Shown: positions 37,576 through 51,771, numbered from the whole stretch's first letter. The stretch: DNA of 62,089 nt, filler included, from Dugesia japonica (GCA_001938525.1; 6 parts of 6 records of this genome joined end to end with filler, not necessarily neighbours in it), one strand, 5' to 3'. Numbers and translations are program-made. The notes: generated from the letters alone by a model not told the origin.

Positions 37576-38630
37576 ATGGCATTAGAATATGAAAAGTTAA
37601 CATGTAAAAATGTTGAAAAGAACATGAAATGTGCAAACAATTTTGATCCTAACTTATTTATTAAATCAGAAAAGATTTGTTTAGTTTCTATATATAAAGA
37701 AATTAAAATTAAAAATCCAAATATGAAAGATTGTGATTAGCTCATGAACTTGGAATAACATCTTTCACTTTAAATAAAGCATTAAGAGCTTTTAATTTGA
37801 AACCTGAAAGAAAAAGATATCATAGACTAAAATATTATTTTAATGAAAAAACAAATACATTTATAAATGATCAATATGGAAATCTCTTTTTTAATGTTAA
37901 AACAAAAAACTTTGAATTAATTCACGAACAGAAAACAAAAATAACTTTAACTGAAAAAAGAAATGAAATGAATTCAGAAAAAGGAAATGCTCCTCCTAAA
38001 AGAATAGTTAATGCAACTGGTGGGAAAATTGAAAAAGAATTTGAAGAAGAATTTAATAAAGCAATTAATGATTTAACAAATTAATTCTTTATAAAATGGA
38101 TTCGATTTTAAGTGAGATATTAAAAGATGAAGATTTTAAAAATGAATTACAGACAAAATATAATTTAGCTATAACTGCTTCACCAACAGAACAAAAGGAA
38201 ATAGTAAAAGAAATATTTGTTCCATTTTAAATAAATAAAAAAGCAATGGATATAATGAAAGATACAATTGTTGATTTAGTTGATGAAAATGAAGAGTTAA
38301 AAGTAGAAAATGATGTTTTAAAATCTGAAATAGAAAAATCAAATGAATATAATAGAGAGAAATTAGTAGAAATTATGAGAGATGAAAAATCAAAAATATT
38401 ACATCAAACTGATGCCGAAAAAATATTTAATCGTATAAAATTTACAATGAACAAATCTAAACAATTACTTTAAGAAAATGCCAACAGAAATACAAACAAA
38501 AGATTTAATAAGTTTTTATATATTGTTGAAAGATTAAATTCAAAAGTTAACCATCAAACAAATTTTATTTATTTTTTAATATTTACTTTTATTATTTTTA
38601 TTATTTCATTAGTTTTAAATTTTATTTTTA
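37576..38630 (+). pseudogene. Cluster of small accessory ORFs of element B (37576-38084, 38096-38473 coiled-coil, 38468-38633 hydrophobic)
   Basis: Tightly packed AAAATG-initiated frames; MDSILSEILKDEEFKNEL (38096) resembles MEEFIEELTNTEEFKNEI (about 18403) of element A. Confidence 0.5.
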
Positions 38631-38640
38631 ATAAAGAGAT

Positions 38641-40082
38641 ATGAACACAGTAATAGACTTAGATAATAATATGGAATTTACTCATACAGCAATAAAAAAT
38701 GATACACTTGTAATTTTCACCATCATCAGGAACAACAAATAAATTAAATGCAAGTGGTGACATTGTATTTCAATCTCTCTAATCTACAAATCCACTTGAT
38801 CCACCTGTAATTCACCTGTAAAAATCCACCTGTAATTCACTTTTATATTTTATAATTGATATAAAATTTTCAGATAAAGATAAAATAACATTAGAAAATA
38901 ACTGGTTTCCAAGTTTATTTAATTCAATAAGATTATTTATAGGTTCATCAGAAGTTGAATCGATAAATGATCCAGGTGTAATATCTACAAAGTTAAATTT
39001 TATAATTACAACTGAAACATGTAAAAAAGAATATGGTCAATTGTCAGGATGGATGCCAGATATAAATAAAGGAGATATTGCAATAAAAGAATGGGATACT
39101 AATATTGGTTATTTTACTAGAAAAGCGGTTTATAACTCAATTAAAGTTGGAGATAATTATAAATTTGAAGGATTCTTTCAATTAAAAAATCTATTTGGTT
39201 TTATGCAAAATTATAATCGACTTTTTTATAACACATCAATAGAACTTAGATGTAACAGACAAATTGAAGATACATTATTATTTTAGGGAGATGCCACAGC
39301 ACAGAACAATTAAATTTATCAACACTTGAATTACATATTCCAGAATATAGATTATTACCAAAAGCAGAATTATTTATGTTAGAAAGTATATCTACAAATA
39401 AACCAATAGACATTTCTTATTTAAATAGAATATGTGGTAAAACAAATTTAGAAGTAGGAACATTTTATTCAATAAAAATTGGAAGCTTAGCATATCAATC
39501 TAGATATATTTTTATTTGTTTTAAAGAAATAGGAAAAAAATTCGGGAATAATAATAATTTATTTATACAAAAAACTACAAAAATTGAAAAACGTGGTGCG
39601 CCACCAGTTGATACACCAAGGTTTACAATTACAATTAAACAATTGTAACTATCCAGCTAATGAATTAAAATTTGATATGTCAGAAAATAGAATGGTACAT
39701 CCTTATTTAAATTATGTAAAATGTTGTCGTGATTTTTTTAATGAACCACAATTATCACTTTTAGATTTTGGAAATCTTTATCCGATGTTTTGTTTTGATA
39801 TAACTGCACATGATGATAAAATGAATATTAATAATGTTGATGTTACACTAAAAATAACAAAGGATAATAATTNNNNNNNNNNNNNNNNNNNNNNNNNNNN
39901 NNNNNNNNNNNNNNNNNNNNNNTATTAATAATGTTGATGTTACACTAAAAATAACAAAGGATAATAATTTTAAAGCAATTATTCATTGGTGTATACCTGA
40001 AGAAAAACATGTTGAGATGAAATTAGCTAATAGTAAAATTGTTATGGTTGAAAATGTTAGAGGTATAGATATGAAATGTTAA
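38641..40082 (+). pseudogene. Major capsid protein, near full length, frameshifted
   Basis: SGDIVFQS, ITLENNWFPSLFNSIRL, LKNLFGF, LHIPEY, YLNYVK, YPMFCFDIT; homologous to the copies at 15093-15920 and 59335-60081. Confidence 0.82.
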
Positions 40083-40178
40083 ATGTTAAATAATCGACTC
40101 ATGCATTAGCCAATATTAAATGTTAAATAAATGTGAAGATTGTGGAAAAATAATTCGATGATATTAAATGTTAAATAA

Positions 40179-41479
40179 ATGTCTAAAAACTTTATATGTG
40201 AAGATTGTGGTAAAATAATTTTAAAGAAAAATAAGTCAAGACATTTAGATTTGTGTATAAACAAATTCAAAGGAGGTGACTTACAAGATTCAAAAGTAAT
40301 ATCAACATTATTAAAACCAATTACTACAGAAAAATATCCAGGTGAAAGACATTTGTTTAAACATAATTACAATGGACCTGGAACAAGATTAGATATTCGA
40401 TTAGATGAGAATTTATAACCAAAAGAAAATGAAGAACCAATTAATAAAGTGGATTGCCTCGCATTAAAACATAACATTGCTTACTCTGGCGCAACCACAG
40501 GACATAATTCAGAAAATATTAGAGATCGACATATTGCAGATGTAAATTTAATGCATGATTTGAATAATATTGAAAATCCTACATCAACAGAAAAATTTCA
40601 AAGAGCTCTTGTAAAATTAGCTATGAAAGGTAAAATCATGATTGATAAAAGTCTTTAAAAAATCAAAGTTACTACTGAAGAATCTGATGATGAGATAACT
40701 TACGGACAAATTTTAGCAGAAGAATTTCATAAAGAATATAGAAAGCTAAAACATTTATTAAGAGTAGAAGTTAGTGATAAAGATGATATTTGGTCTGCAG
40801 ATTTAATATTTCATCAGAAAAATGTAATATAAACAGTTATAGATCTTTATACGCGATATGCTTTTGTTGAACTTCAAAAAAATAAAACTGGACTAGAAAC
40901 AACAAAAGCATTTGAAAGAATTTTAGAAAAAAGTTTTAGAACTCCAAATAAATTATGGACTGATAATGGAATAGAATTTTACAATAAACATTTTAAATCT
41001 TTTGTGAAGAAAATAACATTAAATTATATTCAACTGAAAATCAAGGTAAAGCAGTTGTAATTGAAAGATTTAACAGAACATTTAAAAATAAGCTCTTTAA
41101 ACCTTTTACTGCCTTTGGGAATCAAGATATAAATATTAAGTTATTAGAGAAAATTGGAAATGAATACAATAACACAATACACTCAACAATTAATGTTACA
41201 CCTCAAAATGCTTCAATTAATCCTGAAAGTATTGAAATAGAAATTCCAAAGGATTTTACTGAGAAACTTAGATTTAAAATTGGTGATCGAGATCGAATCT
41301 TTAAAGTTAAAAAATTATTTGCTAAAGGTTATACTTTTAAATGGTCTAAAAGAATTTATATTATTACTAAAATACACAACACAAAACCTTATACTTTTGA
41401 AATCTCAAATCTTAACAGCAACAAAATATTGGGAAGATTTTATACAAATGAATTACAAAAGAGTCACGCTGTGGCCTAA
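40179..41479 (+). pseudogene. C2H2 zinc finger - PLA2 - rve integrase, second copy
   Basis: CEDCGK...SRHLDLC; NYNGPGT; DCLALKHNIAY; RHIAD; WSADL, LWTDNGIEFY, VIERFNRTFK, GRFYTNELQK. Confidence 0.9.
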
Positions 41480-41522
41480 AATATAAAAAACGTATGTTAT
41501 GACTAAAAATTAAACATTAAAA

Positions 41523-42300
41523 ATGCGTAGGGTCTTAAATCGTTTAGAATCTACTATTTCAGATTTGTTTAAAATTGGTGTTCCAAGAGATGAAACATTT
41601 TATATGGAAATTATAGCAAATTTAATGTTAGTTAAAATATTAAACCACGAAGAAAAAGAAGACCAAGAATAATTCCTAAGAAAGAAATTAAAACCACTTC
41701 GGTGGTCGATGGACAAACACAAACACAAATAATAATGATTTGTGAAAGTGAAAGTTCAGAATCTGAAAGTGAAAGTTCAGAATCTGAAAGTGAAAGTTCA
41801 GAATCTGAAATAATATATCCTAGAAATGAAAGTTCAGAATCTGAAAGTGAAAGTGAAACCGCTTCGCTGACCTACGGACAAACACAAATAATAATTCCCT
41901 TAAGTGAAAGTGAAAAATTTAAGCAAGAATTTTTCAAATCTTTCTTACCACTTCCATTTTCTTAAGCATTATTAAAACAAGATAAAATTCATGGAAAATT
42001 AGATAGAAAAGAAATACAGAAAAAATTCATTATTGGGATGATGTAATAATTAAAAGCAAACAAATTGGTTTAATTGGTTATTCTAATTTAGGAAAATTAT
42101 TATTAATACTAAAAACAAAATTTAGAAAAAGTGAAGAATTTAAAAATTATTTGGTTAAAAGAAAAATTTATTATTCAGTAAGACATATAAATAAATTAAT
42201 ACAATTTAGTAAGTTAGTAGATAAGTTTCCAAAAATATTAACTACTAAATTTTCATTTCGTAAGATCACATTAAACTTTAAAAAGATTGATGAAATTATT
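41523..42300 (+). pseudogene. Acidic repeat-containing ORF (21-nt GAAAGTGAAAGTTCAGAATCT tandem units encoding ESESSES)
   Basis: Tandem repeat at 41744-41860 inside a broken frame between the integrase and the ATPase. Confidence 0.5.
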
Positions 42301-42310
42301 GATAAAGAAA

Positions 42311-42618
42311 ATGGCAACTCCTTTTGTCTGGAATAATAATATTACAAATTTTAATAATAAAGTATTACCTAATAATTTTATACTTTTAATGATAGGTTCA
42401 TCAGGTTGTGGTAAAAATGTTTTATTAATGAAAATGTTATTAACTCCAGGATTTTTAGATTACAATGTTTTAATTATTTTTTCAACAACAATCACCCAAT
42501 TTGAAATTCAATTATTATATTTAGGATTTGAAAATGGATTATCCAAAGAAGAAATAATTTTAATGTTTGAAAAACAAAATATAGTACCAAATACTTATAA
42601 TACTCCACATCAAGTTGT
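42311..42618 (+). pseudogene. A32/FtsK-like DNA packaging ATPase, N-terminus
   Basis: LLMIGSSGCGKNVLLMKMLLTPGFLDY contains a Walker A (GKT changed to GKN) in Polinton context. Confidence 0.8.
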
Positions 42619-42718
42619 NNNNNNNNNNNNNNNNNNNNNNNNNNNNNNNNNNNNNNNNNNNNTTAATTAATTAANNNNNNNNNNNNNNNNNNNNNNNNNN
42701 NNNNNNNNNNNNNNNNNN
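42619..42718. other. Artificial contig-joining spacer
   Basis: 44N-TTAATTAATTAA-44N. Confidence 0.95.
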
Positions 42719-45700
42719 GGCTATATTTAACTAACTGGGATGAATTTTTGTTGAATTATAGAATGAATGATTTCAATTGTGGACAAGGTAAATAACTTAT
42801 ATCTCGGATTTTTTACCACTCCTCTCTCAGACCTTGACAAGCAAAGTAGGAGGTGTATTATTTTTAGCTGAATAAAATAAAGTACCAAATCAATCTAATA
42901 GGTGTAATGAATTATTTGGAAAGTTCCCGCTAGTATAGAGCATAGTTTAATAGCACCATTGTTTAACAAAACATGTTCAAAAAATCAAGTAGACTTTCAC
43001 AAAAAATATTTGTTTTAAATTTTATCTGCCTAAATGAGAGTTGATCTCCATAAAGAGTTTTTGAATGGAATGCCAATGAGGATAGGGGTTATGTTTTCAG
43101 GGAATGAACGTTTAGTTTCATAAATTGACAGGGTTATTTCTAGTTTAAATTTAAGAAAAATGACCGGCTTGATATGAGAGCATCATCTCGATTGGGAAAT
43201 TTAGCTTTACTTGGGTTTTGCAATGCAGTTCAGTTTACTGATTCTAGTCTAAATTTCGAAGGTGTCTAATTGTAATAGGTAATGTACTACAAAATTGTTA
43301 CATTTTTTTTTGGTTAAATAAAAACAAATTTTGTTTTGGTAGATAATCAAAACACATGGCCGATCAGTTACTGAAAATGCTAAAATTAATTCGGTTTGCA
43401 AGGCGTAGAGCTCGGAGGCGCCAGTTATTGATTCACATACTATCGCACGGCGCAATCGAGCATCCCGACGAAACCGATCTCTAGTGTTTCGCCGAGATGT
43501 TCCCGCTTCCGACTCAAATTGATATTGATGAAGAATAACCAATTACTCAAACCCATGATGGAATCACTCATATAAAATACCATTCTTTGTCGGGTTATCT
43601 CTTACGAGATTTTAATAAAATAAACCATATGACTAATTTTATTTGTAAATTGTTCTCCCCCAATAAAAAATTTTTAGATATTAGCTAATTACACCTTTTT
43701 ACTAAACATAACGTTACTGGTTATTAATTGTAGAATCATCATCATGGAATACTAATGGGAGGTGAGTCTTGACATTAACTCCAGACGTATAGTGTTTAGG
43801 AAATATCAAAACCCATACGACCGCGACGCGGGGGTATTGATAGACCGATCGAACTTACCAATGGACCAGGCTGTAAATGAAAGACAATAGGACGCAACAG
43901 AGAGGGCCGCCTACTATAGTTGGTGTGGTCCAAGGAGGGATAGAGTCGCTTTCCCGCCAGCATCACTTTCTTTTGAACAATCGGCCGAGGTGCCACAGGT
44001 AGAACGGCTATGGCATGATGGTCTATCTTTGGTCGGTATCACCACAAACTGCTTGCCTTCTACGTCACAACTGTCTTCTTTTGTACAAAATTATCTGTGG
44101 AGTGCGCGAAATGATTTGACTAATAACAATAACGAAAATGCAGAAGAAGAAATCACCGATGTGCTAGTATAAACTAACAATATAAAAATAAAGTTTTAGA
44201 TAGGAATTTGTTTTTCTCTGTTTTTCAGTGTTTGAATAGTTAAAATCCCATATTACTGTGTTTTGTCTCGAACTATAAGCAGTCTTATCTGGAGTTTTTT
44301 TATTTTTTTTTCTGTTTATATTATAGTGCATTCGTCATTAAATCGTCCATTCGCCCCTAATAAACAGATGANNNNNNNNNNNNNNNNNNNNNNNNNNNNN
44401 NNNNNNNNNNNNNNNNNNNNNNNNNNNNNNNNNNNNNNNNNNNNNNNNNNNNNNNNNNNTAAGACTAAATGTATCACCATACGCAAAGAGATGGACGCTA
44501 CACACGAACAAGAGAGAGTGTGGAAGTCTCAGATAGAGTCATTTGCCGAAATCATCCGGTCCAGCCATGACCGCGAGAATAAACTGGTTAAAGACATCTT
44601 GCGCTTCAAGGAAAAATCGTATCTAGAACCCCTTATGGTCGACAAGGGAACACAGACCAACTCCAACCGTTGTACCTGAACCTGTTATTTTATAAATAAA
44701 ATTTGTATAGTTTTAGTCTCTGTCATGCTGTGTGTTAACTCAATAACTCAATATCGATAACTTTCATTGTTTCTTCTTCAATATTAATGATTACTTAATT
44801 AGTGCCACGAATCGTATTCCCCACGAGTTTGCGAAGGTGTCACAGGATTATGCGCCGCCTATTGTTAGAGCGCCACCTAAAACGAAGAGCAGATCGGGCA
44901 CTCCTTAAACACCTGGCCCAACGTGACAGGTTGATAAAAAAGTTAGATTTGGTCGTGAAGAAACAGAAAGACTTGGCGGTTCAAGCTAAACTCTTAGAAA
45001 CTGAGACTAAGCAACTTCTGTTACGAAAAATTGAATTCCTCAAGCAATAGATTGCCGACCTTTCCCGCCAAATAAGTAACCCAACCGTACTCCAATGGGA
45101 CGATAATGACGATATCACCGTCTTTAACTTTTCGGTGACCGATCCGGACCAGTGGTTAGATCCAGGGGCGCGGGATTTAATGTAATGGTTGTCTTGAAAA
45201 TAAAATGTGTATAATTAAAACTGTAATTTCTTTCTTTTACGGGGAATGATAGGGAAATAATGAACCCAAATACAAAGGTTTGTAGGTACGTACCTTCCAT
45301 TAAGAGAGAGGTCAACCACCATAACCCGAATACCCAACCTAGGGGCGTTAGGTTAAATTCTTGGACGGGTTCCCCTGAGGGCTGTTTTTCCCGAGCCACA
45401 AATTTTTCTATTCAACTCAGGTGGGACTCCAACACTTGGATTATGAAATCTAATCATTAACGCTTAGTATAACACTCTCTCCCAATAATTTTTAAATTGT
45501 TTATACAAAGTTTTAAAATTTGAAATTTCAACATTCGCAGTACATTTGATTATATATTTATGCTTAGCAATATTACTACCATCACCAAAATGATTGTACA
45601 GAGATGGCGGATGTGGGAATCAATGTGAGTGGCATCACACCAATGCATTTAACTTGATAAATAAGGTTAGAACACAAACCAATAAGTGTATGGGATTTAT

Positions 45701-48369
45701 TAACAAAGCTATTAACAATTTTATGAGATGTAGAAACTACTTCCAATAAAGGAAGATCCTTAGCAGCTTTTGGAATCAAACTTTTAAACTTTTTAAAACC
45801 TTCAGAATAAGCAATCAATAAAACAATTGACACAATACAGTTTGAAAAAGTATTACTAGGTTCAGGATTATCAAGAATTGGTTTTTCATATTATCGAAAA
45901 CCAGAATCGATTGCAGTCTGTAAATTTAAGATTTACCTGAAAGCAGATAATTCCCCACAATTCTACATATAAATGAATATCGCATGACAATCGAAATTGG
46001 GAAAACCAGTGTCTACAAATCATACAAAATACAAAAATTCATTAGAAAATCTATCTTGCGAAGGGAAATATTTACATACTGAAAAACTAAAATTTTAATA
46101 CAAAAACAAGTTATACTAAGAAATGTCAGATCTAAAATAAGAAAATATGGAATAAATGTCTTTATGAATATATCTCCAAAATTAAAATTGATTTAGTTCG
46201 GTAAGTTAAGGATTTTTAGTTAAATCTTCAAATTTTGATACATAAATGAACAAGATATGCTAAGTGTGAGTGAGAGCAATGGTCAAATTACCAAAAGCGC
46301 CATCATGTTTTAATTGAATAAATTATACGGAAATTGCGTTTTTCAACATTTTCTTTACAACAAAATAAGCTACTAATACAAAGATTTGTGAGATGATATA
46401 CTTCATATGCTTCAAAATAAGCATAAAGGGATTAACAAAAATTACGAGATGGAAAAATTATAGTGATTGGAAAAACATGGAGTAAGAATCAATTTTTCTA
46501 CAATCTACTATTTGAATTTAAGTGATTAAAAAGCCTGAAAATATAAAGAAATTTTGTAGTTTTGATATCAATCAAAATCTTTCTGAAAAAAATCTTTGGA
46601 ATACGATCTTACTCGAGTTTTACAGTGTGCACGTACAGGATGTGAAAAATTAACAATATGCACACCAAAAAATAGATTGTGAAGAGCTCAACTATATTAG
46701 AAGCTCTGAAAATCACAATATTTAGCTAATTCCAGTTTTATTCGTTAAAAGAATTTTGAGTTTGAAATTGTCAAAAATATATTTAATTATTGNNNNNNNN
46801 NNNNNNNNNNNNNNNNNNNNNNNNNNNNNNNNNNNNNNNNNNAAACTGTAATGTTTCAATGATTCAAATAAACAAAATTATTGTCGGATAAAATTAATGT
46901 CAAATAACTTGGATCTTTGGATCTCCGAATTTAGATTGAATTGGTTTGATTGATTTGCTCTGGGTTTTGAATTTGAGGATCTGTTTCTATTGAATTTGTG
47001 TATGCATGCATGTTATGTATTTTATGTAACTTGTAAACTCAACAATTGCTAGAACTTTGCAAATTTTTAAAGATTTTTTAATATTGAATGAAGACAATCG
47101 AGTTTTGTATGAAACCATCAGAGATCGGTTTACTAATGAAGTCGTTTCTGATCATGAAATATAGACATGTCAAATATATATGAAACCACATGCATTTGAA
47201 TTACAGAGTTTTACATGTCAAATGTATTGCGATTTCATAAGAATTTTCGTGAAGATGGAAGGTGAGGAACTAGTCAACGTCAATAAAATACGAAAAATGA
47301 AAATGAGGTAACACTTTAGCTCGCAAAACGCAAAAATTATGTCCATACACTTTGTCAGAGATTCAAAGTCTCCTGATTGACTTCAAAATCAAACATATAG
47401 CAGTAGTAAATGACTGCCATTTCCAGGAATTGGCGGATATCGAAAACTCAAGCTCGTTGAGACCCAACAGTATCAACTTTTCTATCAGGTACTACTTGCA
47501 TAAAATGTCAAGTGGAAAAAAACAGTTAACTAATCCGAACACAATATTTGTGAATCCGAAACTCTACATCGATGATATTTATGTTTATGGCTAATAAATT
47601 TACTTTAATATAATTTACAATATTATCTCGGCAGAGTTTAATTAGATATCTCAGAAAATAGTTGATGACATAGATTATTAGGAATTTAATGATCTTAATT
47701 AAAGTGAGTAACGCAATTGATATTGATTTTTAATCTGTCTTAGTTCAAAGTGCTCACAATATTGATAAAGCAACATATTTTGCTTCAAAGAACTATATAG
47801 ATCCTGGTAAACTTCCTTCCAACAAATCTCTCATATTTTCTTCGTAATAAGTAAGTATTGATTGTTATTTATATTCGCTATTTATTATATCAAATCATTT
47901 ATAATACTTATAATAAAAAATTTAATAGAGAAATTTAAAAACAGCACTCAAATAATCATTTTAAAAAAAAACACCCCTAATATAAAAGATTAATATAAAA
48001 CGTGACTCTAAAATTATATATATTACATAAATAACCTTAAATTGAACAATTTAAAAATTNNNNNNNNNNNNNNNNTTTTTAAGGATTCTATATAAATTTA
48101 GAAATTTGTTAAACCATGTTCTGGTTAGATAAAGAACTTTTGATTTTCAATTTAAATGTTTTACGTGTGATTGTAAATTAAAATTCACTAGTATATAATA
48201 TTTATTAATACTCATAATTAATTTATAATAATTTATTATTAATTTAATTTTAATTAATTTTGATTTTAATTAATTTAAGTCCACATTAAGAATCCCAAAT
48301 GCAGTTGTTTTAATTTATTATTTATTTTATTTCGACTGTTAAATTTGAAAATTTTGCTGAAGTGGTGAA

Positions 48370-49941
48370 ATGCCTGTGTATAAAGGTTTATATATTATTT
48401 AAATAAAATTAATTTAGACATAAATTCTAGTAAACATAAAATGGCAAAAAGAAAAGTTTAATGATATTGAGTGTGATACAGATCAACCACCAGAAATTTT
48501 TAAAGCACTCATATTTTCTCTATCAGGTGTTACTCCCGATAGACAAAAAGTTATGATGCCTGGTGGGACACTTAAAGATTCATGGAATGGAATCAGATTA
48601 AAAGATGGAATTACAATCATGATGATGGGAACATGTGATGAATTGTCAGTTGGTGAAATAAATAAACCGAAATTTATTGAAGATATGACAGAAAGTCAAA
48701 TCACTAAAGCTCTCAAATTACCACAAGGTTTAAAAAATATTGGCAATACTTGTTATTTGAATGCGACTATTCAGTGCTTGCGAACAATTCCAGAATTGTA
48801 CAAAGCCATTAAAAATTCACCAAAAACCAATGATTCAGATCCTAATTCACGTTTTGTTTTAAGTTTAGGAAAATTAATCCTCAGTATGGAAACTGCTGAA
48901 GTTCCAATTGCTCCAATTATTCCATTAAAGCATCTTCATGAAATGTGCCCACAATTTGCAACTACTCAACTTGCTTCACCAGAACAAGGTGGTGGATCAG
49001 TTCTCATGCAACAAGATGCTAATGAATGCTGGGCAGAAATTGTCCGCTCATTACAGAAAGCAGTCTACATTCCACCAAATGTAGATTTATCTGATTTACC
49101 CGAGTCCTTTGGGTCTAACGGGAATTTGAATTTCATTGATCAATTTCTCACAGGAAAGTTTGACGTTAAAACAATAAACACGGAAAAAGAAGAAGACAAT
49201 CAAATGACTCAGGAATCTTTTCTTCAGCTGAGTTGTTTTATAGATAAAGATGTTAAATATCTTCAAACCGGCATCAGAAATGGACTTGAGACAAATTTAA
49301 CTAAATTTTCAGAATCTCTTTCTCGCGATGCTCTTTATAAACGCTCTTCAAAAATTTCCAGGTTACCTGCTTATTTATCAGTGCAATTTGTGAGGTTTTA
49401 CTATAAAGAAAAAGAAAGAATCAACGCAAAAGTTTTGAAGGATATTAAATTCTCNATTGTATTGGANATGTATGAATTTTGTACTGATGAATTGAAAAGT
49501 AAAATGCAACCAATGCGTGATAAATATAAAATTATGGAAGATAGAAAAGCTGAAACAGAAAGAATTAATAAAAAGGCTGAAAATCCGGTTGATAATGCTA
49601 AATTGAAAGAATCAAAACCTGAACATTATCCTTATTGGTTTTCTGATGATATCGGATCAAATAATTGCGGATTATATGAATTGCAAGCTATTGTAACCCA
49701 TCAAGGCCGGTCTAGTAGCAGTGGGCATTATGTTGGTTGGGTCCGGCAATCTGGAGATCTTTGGCTGAAATACGATGATGATTCGGTGGCACAAGTCACG
49801 TCTGAGGATATATTACGTTTATCTGGAGGTGGTGATTGGCATTGTGCTTACGTATTGTTGTATGGGCCGAAATTAATAGAAAAAGAAGAATTTAAAGATA
49901 ATGGAGATCAAGCTGTCGGTCAGCAAATGGATATTAGTTAA
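48370..49941 (+). CDS. USP14: Ubiquitin carboxyl-terminal hydrolase 14 (exons 48370-48385 and 48431-49941; 508 aa)
   Basis: MPVYKVNIKWQKEKF UBL start over a 45-bp GT-AG intron; Cys box GLKNIGNTCYLNATIQCL; QQDANECW; His box THQGRSSSSGHYVGW; LSGGGDWHCAYVLLY; AATAAA at 49961. Confidence 0.97.
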
Positions 49942-50063
49942 ATGCGATGTAAAAAATCTTAATAAATTGTAGCAATAAATTATTTGTTGACTTCATTATT
50001 ATGCGGATGAATATAATAAAAAAAAGGTACCCGAGTGCAAAACTAAGAGAAAAGTACGCGGAG

Positions 50064-51104
50064 TAGTGGCGTAACTTCCAACAGGCGTCATCTAAGGGCC
50101 CTTGGGGTCCTTAACTTATATTCATGTACTTGTTTTTCAACTTAGTATATGAAAATTTATAAGATCAAATGCAATGGTGGGTTAAAAAATTGTGCGGGCT
50201 TTTAAAATAAAACCTTCATAATCGATTTCTAATTTGATAACTTTTGCATAAGAGTCCAAATTTTTTAATTAGGCCACTGATTCGGAGTTTAATATTTCAA
50301 CATTAGAATATTTGGCCATGGAGACTGCCCGGTTACCGTAAAAATAAAGATTTTAAAATTTAATGTAATTCTAAAAACAATAACTAATGGCGGTTGATTT
50401 TTTTTGTTTACTAAAGTAATTTAAATGTAGGAAAAAGTGATTTTATATTAAATTGTAAAGTAGTTACGTGTTTTAAATTAAGATTTTTATACTGGTTGAA
50501 GCAATTTAAAAATACGCTTGTTATAATAGCATTACATTTGTCTCTTCTATACCATTGATAATTAATGATATTCTTTGAAACGCAAACCAAATATGCACAA
50601 AATCAAGATTTCCAAATCTAATTATGTGAACAGTACTGTTGATTTTCATTCCAATTAATTATTTTGGACATTTTTAATAACCAAAATATTTTAGAAATAT
50701 GTACAATTTATTCTGCTCAAACGATTAAAATTTGTAGAAAAAATGTTACAATGACCTGAAAACTGTACAGTATATAAGGCGTGACCTTATGTCAGCTTTA
50801 AATAGTGGCAACGAATTACATAAATTGCTACCCCTTTCATTTTTGGTAAAAATAATTTAAACTATAGAAATTCGTCTTAATTACACTTTCGACATATGAC
50901 AGCAGTGTGTATTTATTATTATTGATATACAGAGCTGCAAAAAGATATATAATTTGATTTTATCAGTTCATATCAGAACATTTTGTTCATAATATATTTC
51001 TAAATGTGATATTTTTCAAAATCGTTTAACATCTATTTTGGCGCTTCATACAATTCAATGCCAGGGCTTACGTCTCTCTCTGCTCCCCATATAGTACGCC
51101 ACTG
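50064..51104. mobile_element. hAT-like non-autonomous element bounded by YAGTGGCGTA...TACGCCACTG
   Basis: 10-bp inverted ends; no matching 8-bp target duplication seen. Confidence 0.4.
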
Positions 51105-51671
51105 ACTTTAACACATCATATAAACAATAACTTTCATACCTCATTTGCGTAAACAATTATACTCAACTAATATTATGAATTTTCCCTCTGTTGCGGTAGA
51201 ACACACTAAAATCAATTGGAAAATTAATAATTAGGCCAAGAAAAAAAAATTAGATAAAGATCCTGGAGTAGGGGTATGCAGCAAAAAGTGATATAATGAG
51301 TAATTTAAGAATAGAGAAACTAATTCCAAACAACCATTAATAAATAAAAGTGATTAAGTAAAAAAAATGGAAGAAACATACAGAGATACAGATAAAACAA
51401 TGGGAAGAAACAACGGGAAAAAATAGCAAGAAGGGAGAGAACAGAATAAGAATATAGTTGTTTATAACAGTTTTTCATTGTAATCATTTACCTTTAGCTC
51501 TGATTGTCCACTTTTTTGTAAATAATTTCGAAAATTGTAAGAATATAATTAGAATTTTTCCTTTATATAGGTTTCAGAACTAACCAATCAGATGCAAGTA
51601 TAATTTGTTTTAATAAAAATAAAGCAACGTAATATTTGTAGGTATTTTTAATTAACTTCGAATATTACAAA

Positions 51672-51771
51672 NNNNNNNNNNNNNNNNNNNNNNNNNNNNN
51701 NNNNNNNNNNNNNNNTTAATTAATTAANNNNNNNNNNNNNNNNNNNNNNNNNNNNNNNNNNNNNNNNNNNN
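51672..51771. other. Artificial contig-joining spacer
   Basis: 44N-TTAATTAATTAA-44N. Confidence 0.95.

Larger units (their letters stand above)
37255..42618 (+). mobile_element. Polinton/Maverick (adintovirus-like) element B, left arm, cut by the contig end
   Basis: AGTAATAGTAAT terminus, subterminal 7-nt repeats, small ORFs, major capsid, ZnF-PLA2-integrase, acidic ORF and packaging ATPase, all co-oriented. Confidence 0.88.

Noticed and set aside
45560-46300. Possible non-LTR retrotransposon ORF1 remnant
   Set aside because: Too degraded; no diagnostic motif could be read with confidence.
23844-49941. RING ligase, FMO and USP14 as cargo or a functional cluster with the Polintons
   Set aside because: They lie on different contigs joined artificially; USP14 and FMO have ordinary host splice structure.
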